From: Patescibacteria group bacterium
Lineage (GTDB): Bacteria; Patescibacteriota; Minisyncoccia; Minisyncoccales; Staskawiczbacteraceae
Assembly (NCBI GenBank): GCA_038065715.1
Contig: JBBTQL010000011.1
Span: 2,509 to 66,508 of the forward strand
Length of the DNA stretch: 64,000 nucleotides
Reading direction: 5' to 3'
The first letter of the stretch is position 1. Every line of letters begins with the position of its first letter. Under the pieces are notes generated by a model that saw only the letters and a program-made list of their open reading frames with translations, was not told the DNA's origin and did no database searches. Made by a program: the position numbers and the translations under genes. Of the stretch, positions 8,806 through 16,259 are shown piece by piece.

Positions 8806-10299
8806 TTAAAAATATTTTTCTAAGAACGGTATTTTAATGTTTTTTAATTTTTCAAATCCAAAAGGAGCTAAACAAAAAATAGATATAAAAGCAGGAATTC
8901 TAATTCTTGTTGTAATGCCAAAATTTGCCAAATATACAGAAAGAGATGCCAAGACCAAAAAACTGAAAAAAAACAGAATAAATGTGTACGCGGGTTTTAG
9001 ATTTTTTATTCCTTTTATTGCAAAGAAAAGGGCAAAATACCAAAGTACTACTTCAGGCAAAATAAGAAGATGCCTTAAATATCTCATTTGCCAAGGGAAA
9101 GGGCCAAAAGAAGTATATATAAAGGATATTACAGAATTTTTCAAGAATTTAAAAGGGTTGTCAAAACCTGTTTCAACTTCTATAGAAGACCCCCTCCCTC
9201 TTTTTGTAACAGGCTCTGTTGTTGTTGAAGGTTTTTCTGGCGCAGGAGTTTCAACTACAACAGAGGGTTTTGTTGATGCAGGAGTTTCAATATTAGACGG
9301 AGTTTCGTCATATACGGGAAATCCCGTGGTTGGAGAAATTTTTGGGTTAGGAATAGAAATTTTTTCCCTATAATAAGTAATAGATTTTACATTTATAAAA
9401 GCCTTCAAAAAATTAATGCCGTAATACCCTTGGCCTGAAAAAATTTGCGGTAAAAATCCTAAAATTATTATTAATAAAAAGGCTGAAAGAAACCGCTTTT
9501 TAAAATTTAAACTCGAAAATAAAAGCCAGCTGGCAATAAATGTTAAAATCAACGCAAAACCAATATAAACCCGTAAATTCATAAGAGCTCCCAAAATAAT
9601 ATAAAAAAATATAAAGTTGCCCCAGGAAAATATTTTAAGTAATTTTATTATTAAAAGCAAAATAATTGAACACAATAAAGCCACCAAAGCGTCTTTCCCA
9701 AGCAATCCTCCAAAAAAAATCAAACTGGGATAAATACCCGCCATTAAGCCAGCAAAAAAACCTTGTTTTTCTGATCCGCCAATTTGCATAACAATTAAAT
9801 AAACAAAAACAGCTAAAAGGGCTATCAAAAAAGAGTTGAACATCTGGCCTATAAGCATTCCGGGCATTATCAGGGCATAAATGTATCCAACAATAACAAA
9901 GTAATGGTTTTCAATATCTAGGCCTTGTAAAGAAAAATTCCCGCGGCTTATTCTTTCTGAAATTTCCTGTCCCAATGAATTATATGTTGAGAAATCACCA
10001 GCTCCCCCTGAAAAAGGTTGAAAATGCGCGTAATAGAAGAATAAAACTGCTACAAGTTGAATAAACAAAACAGCTAAAAAAAGTATGTATATTGCTTTAG
10101 TTTTATATCCTATTTTCTTGAATATAAAAAAAGTAATTGCTGTTAAAAATACAATAAAAATAGCTCCAATAGCCAAAACTCTGTCAAAAAGAGAAATCAA
10201 AAACAAAAACAAGCAGCTTATAATTAAAGTTGAAAGAACCGGAGAAGAATAAAGGCTAGCTTTTATTTTACGCAAAAACAAACCGATTTTGTTTATCAT
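8806..10299 (-). CDS. polytopic membrane protein (candidate GT-C-type transferase or polymerase)
   Basis: 497 aa. It has many hydrophobic segments by eye and an internal Pro/Thr/Glu-rich loop, ETPSNIETPASTKPSVVVETPAPEKPSTTTEP. I could not resolve the family. Confidence 0.5.
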   Translation of the reverse strand: MINKIGLFLRKIKASLYSSPVLSTLIISCLFLFLISLFDRVLAIGAIFIVFLTAITFFIFKKIGYKTKAIYILFLAVLFIQLVAVLFFYYAHFQPFSGGAGDFSTYNSLGQEISERISRGNFSLQGLDIENHYFVIVGYIYALIMPGMLIGQMFNSFLIALLAVFVYLIVMQIGGSEKQGFFAGLMAGIYPSLIFFGGLLGKDALVALLCSIILLLIIKLLKIFSWGNFIFFYIILGALMNLRVYIGFALILTFIASWLLFSSLNFKKRFLSAFLLIIILGFLPQIFSGQGYYGINFLKAFINVKSITYYREKISIPNPKISPTTGFPVYDETPSNIETPASTKPSVVVETPAPEKPSTTTEPVTKRGRGSSIEVETGFDNPFKFLKNSVISFIYTSFGPFPWQMRYLRHLLILPEVVLWYFALFFAIKGIKNLKPAYTFILFFFSFLVLASLSVYLANFGITTRIRIPAFISIFCLAPFGFEKLKNIKIPFLEKYF

Positions 10300-11198
10300 A
10301 ATTTAAAATAATCTTCAATTCCTTTTTTTATATCATATTCAGGATAATATCCCAAAAATTCTCTTGTTTCTGTTAAATCGGCTTCTGTATTCTCTTGATA
10401 GTGCTGATATGGGTTATCAATATACTCTGGCTCAAGGTTTGTTTTTAAAACTTTATTTAAATTTTCAATTATTTGGTTAAATGAAGTTGCCTTTCCCGCG
10501 CCAATATTAAAAATTCCGCTTTTTTGGCATTCCATTGCCAGCATATTGGCCATTACAACATCTTTTATATAAACCTGATCTCTTTTTTGCTCGCCATATT
10601 TAAATATTTTCGGTCTTTTGCCCTCTTTCATCTGCAAATATAACTGCCAAATCATGCTTGCCATTTTTCCTTTAAATTTTTCTCCGGGGCCGTAAACATT
10701 AAAATAGCGGAGTCCGATAATAGGCAGATTGCTAAAATTTTCGCGGGCTATTTTATCTGCCTCTAATTTTGAAACGCCATATATATTGGCAGGGACTTCG
10801 TTTTTTCCAACAATCATAGGGGGCATAGAATGGCCGTAAGTTGCAGCCGAAGACGCATAAATTAACTTAGCTCCGCAGATTTTGGCAAAATTTAAAACAT
10901 TTATAAAACCGACAACATTGTTAAACATCATTTTTTCTTCGTCAAAAACAGTTGTGTCTGTAATTGCCGCCTGATGAAAAATAATATCCAGTTTGCCAAA
11001 ATGCTTGCTAATATCTATTTCAGCAATATTCGCGCAAATAATTTCACCTTTAAACCCTGATAAATTATCAGCATTTCCTGAAGAAAAATTATCAACAATA
11101 TAATATTTATTGTTTGGATATTTTTCCTGAAGGGTTTTAACTAAATTTGACCCAATAAATCCGGCCCCTCCTGTTATTAAAATCTTTTTATTTTCCAT
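10296..11198 (-). CDS. hldD: ADP-L-glycero-D-manno-heptose 6-epimerase
   Basis: 300 aa. It is colinear with E. coli HldD/RfaD as I recall it: GGAGFIGSN, YASSAATYG, YGVSKLEAD, GLRYFNVYGPGEKFKGKMASM, GEQKRDQVYIKDV and IFNIGAGKATSFN. Confidence 0.85.
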   Translation of the reverse strand: MENKKILITGGAGFIGSNLVKTLQEKYPNNKYYIVDNFSSGNADNLSGFKGEIICANIAEIDISKHFGKLDIIFHQAAITDTTVFDEEKMMFNNVVGFINVLNFAKICGAKLIYASSAATYGHSMPPMIVGKNEVPANIYGVSKLEADKIARENFSNLPIIGLRYFNVYGPGEKFKGKMASMIWQLYLQMKEGKRPKIFKYGEQKRDQVYIKDVVMANMLAMECQKSGIFNIGAGKATSFNQIIENLNKVLKTNLEPEYIDNPYQHYQENTEADLTETREFLGYYPEYDIKKGIEDYFKL

Positions 11199-11200
11199 TT

Positions 11201-12211
11201 CTATTTTGAATCGCTTAAAATAATGTTTACTGCTTCTAAAATATTTTTTGCGTAATAATTCGGTTCTAACTTATATTTTTCATCCATTTTTTTGTCAATT
11301 TTTATTGTTTTCACATTTGCCTCTCTGCCAGCCAACACATCTGCAGAACCATCTCCAATAAACCAGCTTTTGCTTAAATTTAATCCAAAATCTTGGCCAG
11401 CCTGCAAAAGCATGCCGGGTTTTGGTTTTCTGCAAGAACAATTGTCATCTGGCCCATGAGGGCAATAATAAATTTTGTCAATTCTAATGCCTTTTTTATT
11501 AAACTCTTCAACCATCCATTTGTGAAGCTTTTTCATTTGGAGTTCTGTATAATAACCTCGGGCAATTCCTGACTGATTTGTTACAACAATAATTTTATAA
11601 TCGGTTTTTGAAAGTTTTTTTAAAGCAGTAATTGTTTCAGGAAATAATTTAAAATCATCTTTTTTATGGGTATATTCTGGCTCGTTTATATTTATGGTTC
11701 CATCGCGGTCTAAAAATACTGCCTTTACGTTTTGCTTTAAATTTTTATCTGCAGTTTTTTCTATTAAACTGCTGGTTGAAAAGCCTTTCAGCCATTTTAA
11801 AATATGTATTCTGCCTCCCCCTTCTTCAACAACCTGCCTTTCAATGCAATTTTTTCCCCAGTCAGACCCATTGCAATGCACATCTGGTTTTATTTTTTTT
11901 AAAATTTCTTTTGGGTTGATTTCATTAAAATTAACCACATAATCAACATAATTTACAGCAGACAAAACTTCTGCTCTGTATTTTTCTGAATTAATTGGGT
12001 GTCCTGGTCCCTTATAAAGGTTAATAGAGCTGTCGCTGTTTAAAAGAACAGCCAAAACATCTCCCTGTTTTTTTGCCTCTTCTAACGATTTAATATGCCC
12101 CAAATGCAATATATCAAAACTGCCGTTATAAGTAACAATTTTTTTCCCCTGTTTTTTGAGGGTTTCAACAATGTCAATTATTTCTTCCTGGCTTTTAATC
12201 TTTAAATTCAT
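11201..12211 (-). CDS. hldC-gmhB: bifunctional D-beta-D-heptose 1-phosphate adenylyltransferase / D,D-heptose 1,7-bisphosphate phosphatase
   Basis: 336 aa. The N-half matches HldE domain II (NGSFDILHLGHI, NSDSS). The C-half matches GmhB (VFLDRDGTIN, VVTNQSGIARG, CSCRKPKPGM, IGDGSAD). Confidence 0.85.
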   Translation of the reverse strand: MNLKIKSQEEIIDIVETLKKQGKKIVTYNGSFDILHLGHIKSLEEAKKQGDVLAVLLNSDSSINLYKGPGHPINSEKYRAEVLSAVNYVDYVVNFNEINPKEILKKIKPDVHCNGSDWGKNCIERQVVEEGGGRIHILKWLKGFSTSSLIEKTADKNLKQNVKAVFLDRDGTININEPEYTHKKDDFKLFPETITALKKLSKTDYKIIVVTNQSGIARGYYTELQMKKLHKWMVEEFNKKGIRIDKIYYCPHGPDDNCSCRKPKPGMLLQAGQDFGLNLSKSWFIGDGSADVLAGREANVKTIKIDKKMDEKYKLEPNYYAKNILEAVNIILSDSK

Positions 12212-12248
12212 TGTTCTTTTTTAACATAATTCTTTATATTTTTAAATA

Positions 12249-12277
12249 TTGACATTATTAAACATAAATGATAATAT
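12249..12277 (+). promoter_or_regulatory. candidate sigma70-type promoter for the plus-strand Nudix-like gene
   Basis: TTGACA (12249-12254), a 17-nt spacer, then TAATAT (12272-12277), about 90 nt upstream of the ATG at 12368. The region is AT-rich, so a chance match is possible. Confidence 0.3.
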
Positions 12278-12367
12278 AAAAAATCTTGAACATTGACAAA
12301 ATAGTTGTTATTCGCAAGCGTTTGCGAGCAGCTGTTATTGGATTTGTTCGTTTTTGGAGAAAGTGCC

Positions 12368-13096
12368 ATGCGCAAAAGCATTGTTGTAGGCCCTGAACAA
12401 TTGATTGGCAAAGGCGGCTGGGTCAGTTTATACGGTCTTAATACCGCCGGAGGACGCCGCGAGATATTAATGCGCAACAATGGGCGCTTTAAGGCGGCAA
12501 AATGCCTGGTTTTGTACGTTGACAAAGAAGTATGGAAAGAATCAGGCGCTGAAAGCAGCAGCGACCTGCCAACTTTTTTGGCAAATCTGCGCCGAATTGG
12601 CCTGCCGTATTTTTCGGTATTCTTTTTGGCGGCAGACAGACCGTGCACATATCCTGAATCACAGGATCTTGCAGGCCTGACTGAAAACTACCAACTGGAA
12701 ATACCCGGCGGAGTTGCTGATGCAGTTGACGAAGACGGGATTGCCACAGGTTTGCGGGAAGCCTGCGAAGAGTACGGCTGTGCGGCCACAGACGTCGTGA
12801 TGACTGCGCCTCTGGTGACTGGTGTTTATGCAGCCAACGATGCCGGCGGACAAGTGGAATTTTATTCAACTTGCGCCGCTGTTGTCACAAAAAAACCAGA
12901 ACCGCCAAAAAAGAAAAAGGGTGAAGGATACCGCGAAGGCATTATTCCAGAAAAATGCGTGTTAGTGCCCCTCTTGGAAGCTGAAAACTTCCTAATGGAA
13001 CAGGGCAGACAAGGCATTGCTCTGGAATGGCTTGCTCTTGCTTCGCTTTTCCACCTTGGTCTTGAACTGCTCGGCGGATGGAAAGAGTTGACGTAG
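12368..13096 (+). CDS. Nudix-family hydrolase-like protein (ADP-sugar pyrophosphatase-like), compositionally foreign
   Basis: This is the only plus-strand gene in the window. The ATG at 12368 has GGAGA 7 nt upstream (the track ORF starts at TTG 12305), giving 242 aa. It has a near-canonical Nudix box, EIPGGVADAVDEDGIATGLREACEEYGC (E-x7-REACEEYG). Lines I counted are 50% (12421-12480) and 58% (12721-12780) G+C, against 30% in the neighbouring gene (11941-12000). Confidence 0.6.
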   Translation: MRKSIVVGPEQLIGKGGWVSLYGLNTAGGRREILMRNNGRFKAAKCLVLYVDKEVWKESGAESSSDLPTFLANLRRIGLPYFSVFFLAADRPCTYPESQDLAGLTENYQLEIPGGVADAVDEDGIATGLREACEEYGCAATDVVMTAPLVTGVYAANDAGGQVEFYSTCAAVVTKKPEPPKKKKGEGYREGIIPEKCVLVPLLEAENFLMEQGRQGIALEWLALASLFHLGLELLGGWKELT

Positions 13097-13124
13097 CAAC
13101 AAGCGCATTGTTGCAGAATCCATA

Positions 13125-13158
13125 GCCTGCCATAAACTCCATATTGGCGGGCTTTTTT
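13125..13158 (+). terminator. rho-independent terminator of the plus-strand gene
   Basis: GCCTGCC (13125-13131) pairs with GGCGGGC (13146-13152), with one G-U pair and a 14-nt loop, and is followed by TTTTTT (13153-13158). A second perfect 7-bp hairpin, GCAACAA-gcgca-TTGTTGC, lies at 13096-13114. Confidence 0.55.
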
Positions 13159-13160
13159 AT

Positions 13161-14117
13161 TTAACTCTCTAAATACTGCGTTAGTTCTTTTGGGGTAATT
13201 GTTGCAGTGCCTAATTTTCCAACCACAATGCCGGCTGCATGGTTTGCAATTATAGACGCCTGCTCTAAATCAGCTCCTGCGGCTAAAGCTAAAGTAGCAA
13301 CAGCCACAACAGTGTCTCCCGCCCCGCTTACGTCAAACACTTCTCTTGCCGTGGCAGAAAAATGTTTAATTTTATTGTTCTCAAAAAGAGTAACTCCTTC
13401 AGCTCCACGAGTAAGCAAAACACTACAATTTAACTGTTTTTGAATTATTTTTCCAGCTTCATTTATGTCGTTAACTCCGGCCATTGCCAAAGATTCTTTT
13501 TGGTTAGGGCTTAAAAGAGTGGCATTTTTAAAAAACGATGCGTGTTTTGGCTTTACGTCGCATATAATCGGTTTTTTATATTTTACAGCTAAATTAACTA
13601 CGTTTTCTGCAAAATTTTTAGTAATAATGCCTTTGGCATAATCTGAAACAACAATAGCATCCCAATCTTTAATATGCAGAGAGATAAATTCCAATAACTT
13701 TTTTTCAATATTGCTGTTTATATATTGGGCATTTTCTTTATCCACCCTTACAATTTGCTGGGTTCTGGCAATAATTCTTATTTTTTGGGTTGTTGGCTTA
13801 TCAGTATTTTGTAAAACTCCTTCAGTTTTAATGCCTAATTTTTCCAGTTCTGAAAGCAAAATTTTTCCAGCAGAATCTTTTCCTGCCAATCCAACAACAA
13901 AAACCTTGCCGCCCAAAGCAGCAATATTGGCAGCAGTATTCCCAGCTCCCCCTGGCATAAAGCTTTCTTTTGCAGCTAAAACTATGGGAACTGGCGCTTC
14001 AGGCGAAATTCTATCAACATCTCCCCATATAAAATGGTCTAACATTAAGTCGCCTATAACGCCAATTTTTTTTCCTTTAAAATTGTTTACTATTTTAATT
14101 AGTTTGTCTTTTTCCAT
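13161..14117 (-). CDS. hldA: D-beta-D-heptose 7-phosphate kinase (PfkB family; HldE domain I equivalent)
   Basis: 318 aa. It is colinear with the N-terminal half of E. coli HldE as I recall it: GDLMLDHFIWGDVDRISPEAPVPIV, PGGAGN, SDYAKG, DVSGAGDTVVA and AAGIVVGKLGTATI. Confidence 0.85.
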   Translation of the reverse strand: MEKDKLIKIVNNFKGKKIGVIGDLMLDHFIWGDVDRISPEAPVPIVLAAKESFMPGGAGNTAANIAALGGKVFVVGLAGKDSAGKILLSELEKLGIKTEGVLQNTDKPTTQKIRIIARTQQIVRVDKENAQYINSNIEKKLLEFISLHIKDWDAIVVSDYAKGIITKNFAENVVNLAVKYKKPIICDVKPKHASFFKNATLLSPNQKESLAMAGVNDINEAGKIIQKQLNCSVLLTRGAEGVTLFENNKIKHFSATAREVFDVSGAGDTVVAVATLALAAGADLEQASIIANHAAGIVVGKLGTATITPKELTQYLES

Positions 14118-14124
14118 AATAATT

Positions 14125-14493
14125 TTAGTCGCCTTTAATTATGCGTTTTGAATCTTCTTCAAAATGCGTGGTTGAAAATTCAAAAAGATTTGAATCTTCT
14201 AAGGCTGTCATTTGATGCCTTAAACCTGTTGGTATTTCAAGGCAGTCGCCTGGCAAAAATGTATAAACATTTGCCTTTGAAATATCGTCTTCCCAGCCTG
14301 CCTTTATTTCTAGTTTGCCTGAAAAAAGATAAAAAGTTTCATGTTTTTTTTCATGGTAATGAAAACTGCACTTTTTTCCTTTTTCAAAAAATAATAATTT
14401 GCCGCAATATTCCCTGTTGCTTATCCAGTCTTCAAACCCCCAGCCTTTTAAATGTTTTTCTGGCTTATACGGCTTTGGTATTTCTTTATCCAT
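14125..14493 (-). CDS. cupin-domain protein, type II phosphomannose-isomerase-like
   Basis: 122 aa. The pattern WGFEDW..., CSFHYHEKKHETFYLFSGK, PGDCLEIPTGLRHQ and a C-terminal EEDSKRI resembles the PMI/ManC-type cupin. Confidence 0.7.
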   Translation of the reverse strand: MDKEIPKPYKPEKHLKGWGFEDWISNREYCGKLLFFEKGKKCSFHYHEKKHETFYLFSGKLEIKAGWEDDISKANVYTFLPGDCLEIPTGLRHQMTALEDSNLFEFSTTHFEEDSKRIIKGD

Positions 14494-15535
14494 GTTTTAA
14501 AATTTCGTTAATTTTATTAAAAACTATATCTGGGGTTATTTTTATTAAACAGCTATGTTTTCTGCTAAAATCATACTTTGGCGTGAAAACATCATGATAT
14601 TGATAACTGCACTTTTCTGAAATTATATGCGCATTTTTGCCAAAAGGGCCTGTCCTTTCTGCAATAGTAGGCCCAAAAATAACAATTAAATCGGTATTTG
14701 TTGTAGCAGCAATATGGCAAAGCCCGGTATCTGAAGAAATAAATATTCTGCATTTATCAATTAACGAGGCAACTTCTGAAAGAGAAAACCCTATTACCGA
14801 TTCAGCTGACCCATTTAGCTCGTTTTGCATTTTAAAACAAATATCTTTTTCAAAAGCAGAACCGAAAAGAAGAATGAACGCATCAGGATAACTGCCTAAA
14901 ATTTTTTTGCCCAGTTCTTTGAAATTTTCATTTGGCCATAATTTAAACTGCTGCTTTGTGCCAGACCCTATTGAAAAGCCTATTAAAGTTTTATTTTCTA
15001 AATTACTTTTTTTTATAAATTCATCTGCAAATTTTTTGTCATTATCTGCAATCTCAAAAAATAAATCTGGCGCAAGACTGTCTGTTTTAATTCCTAAAGA
15101 TTTTAATATGTTTAAATTTGCCTCTGTTTTATGCTGATTTCCGTTTAATTTTACTTGGTGATTATAAAAATTTAATTTAAATTTTCTATATTCCCCAGCT
15201 CTTTCTTTTCCGCCTATTAATAAAGCTAAAACACTCCCATTAAGCTGGCCCACGCCATTTGCCACAAAAACCAAGTCGTATTTTTCTTTTCTAAGATTTA
15301 AAATTAATCTTATTTTATCTAAAAAATTATTTTTCTTAAAATTAAAAAAGAAAACTTTATTTATAATTTTAGACTCCTGAAAAATTCCTGTTTTGCCAGT
15401 AGCGCAGCTGACAAGCATATCTATTAAACTTTCAGAAAAATTATTTTTTAAAACTTTTAGAGCAGGCGAAAACATTATTAAGTCTCCAATTCCCCCTGGA
15501 TTTATTATTAAAATTTTTTTAAAATCATAAGCCAT
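14486..15535 (-). CDS. glycosyltransferase family 9 (heptosyltransferase-like)
   Basis: 349 aa. It has ILIINPGGIGDLIMFSPALKVLK at the N-terminus and SSDTGLCHIAA near the C-terminus, the typical RfaF/WaaC-type pattern. Confidence 0.8.
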   Translation of the reverse strand: MAYDFKKILIINPGGIGDLIMFSPALKVLKNNFSESLIDMLVSCATGKTGIFQESKIINKVFFFNFKKNNFLDKIRLILNLRKEKYDLVFVANGVGQLNGSVLALLIGGKERAGEYRKFKLNFYNHQVKLNGNQHKTEANLNILKSLGIKTDSLAPDLFFEIADNDKKFADEFIKKSNLENKTLIGFSIGSGTKQQFKLWPNENFKELGKKILGSYPDAFILLFGSAFEKDICFKMQNELNGSAESVIGFSLSEVASLIDKCRIFISSDTGLCHIAATTNTDLIVIFGPTIAERTGPFGKNAHIISEKCSYQYHDVFTPKYDFSRKHSCLIKITPDIVFNKINEILKHG

Positions 15536-15538
15536 CTT

Positions 15539-16258
15539 TTACTTTTTTAAATTAGCTGATTTAAGTATTTCTCTGCTTTCTTCTCCGTAATTAAATAATA
15601 AATCTATTGCTGACATATTATAAATAAAAGGCTCAAACTGCTGATTATAAATAGGGTGCTTAAAATCTGAAAAAATGTGGTTTAATCCTTGTTTTTTAAA
15701 TTTTTCCTCTTCAACATAATGCTCGCCTCCTTCAGCTGTTAAACCGGGCCCTGACAAATGGGTATCAGCTTTCATTGCTTTGCACAAATTTATTATCATA
15801 TCGGTTTTCTGGCCTTTAATATCGTAATCAGAGCTTTTATAAATAGGACTTTGAATATTTAATTCTTTAAATAAATAAATAATAATTGTTTCATTCAAGT
15901 CTGCTAAATATTCCCATTTTTTTAAATATGTTTTTTCAAAAAAATCTTTGTATTTATTGAAAAAAGGCGCACCCTTATATGCAAAATAAATGCTTTTCCA
16001 ATGTTTTTTTGCCCAATATCTGGAATTATCTATTTTAACCTCATTTATTTTTTGAGATGTTTTGTTTTTTGTGGCAACAGGAATCGTAAGCCATGTCCAG
16101 CCGTCTTGACCAGGGGCAGTTCTGATTCTGTTTCTATTCTGAAAACCCTCTTTCTGGAACTGGACATGGTCAACAAAAATAAATTTATCGGCTTTTGACG
16201 CTTTGTAAAAGAACCCAAGATACGGCAAATATTCTGGCTGATGGGCAACAAGTATCAT
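15539..16258 (-). CDS. WbqC-like family protein
   Basis: 239 aa. The N-terminus VAHQPEYLPYLGFF...FVDHVQFQKEGFQNRNRI resembles the WbqC-like family as I remember it. A paralogue lies at 46940..47641. Confidence 0.7.
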   Translation of the reverse strand: MILVAHQPEYLPYLGFFYKASKADKFIFVDHVQFQKEGFQNRNRIRTAPGQDGWTWLTIPVATKNKTSQKINEVKIDNSRYWAKKHWKSIYFAYKGAPFFNKYKDFFEKTYLKKWEYLADLNETIIIYLFKELNIQSPIYKSSDYDIKGQKTDMIINLCKAMKADTHLSGPGLTAEGGEHYVEEEKFKKQGLNHIFSDFKHPIYNQQFEPFIYNMSAIDLLFNYGEESREILKSANLKK

Positions 16259-16259
16259 T

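Noticed and set aside
12300-13140. The GC-rich segment in an AT-rich genome could be a large structured ncRNA or an rRNA fragment.
   Set aside because: A single 243-codon open frame with a recognisable Nudix signature, an SD and a terminator explains it better. I see no rRNA or tRNA-like conserved motifs. Only short local hairpins occur, at its two ends.
12208-13142. Minus-strand and alternative-frame ORFs across the GC-rich island: 12208..12648, 12489..12869, 12659..12853 and 12942..13142 on the minus strand, and 12480..12680 on the plus strand. 12208..12648 ends in an ATGA-type overlap with the hldC-gmhB start.
   Set aside because: Their translations are Arg/Pro/Ser/Gln-rich with no recognisable motifs, which is typical of shadow frames opposite a GC-rich gene. 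The C-terminal third of 12208..12648 runs through AT-rich intergenic DNA. The plus-strand frame is longer, has an SD and an ATG, and carries a Nudix box.
12212-13160. The island as a mobile element (IS, integron cassette or MITE).
   Set aside because: I found no transposase or integrase, no terminal inverted repeats and no target-site duplications when I compared the two flanks by eye. Horizontal origin is inferred from composition only.
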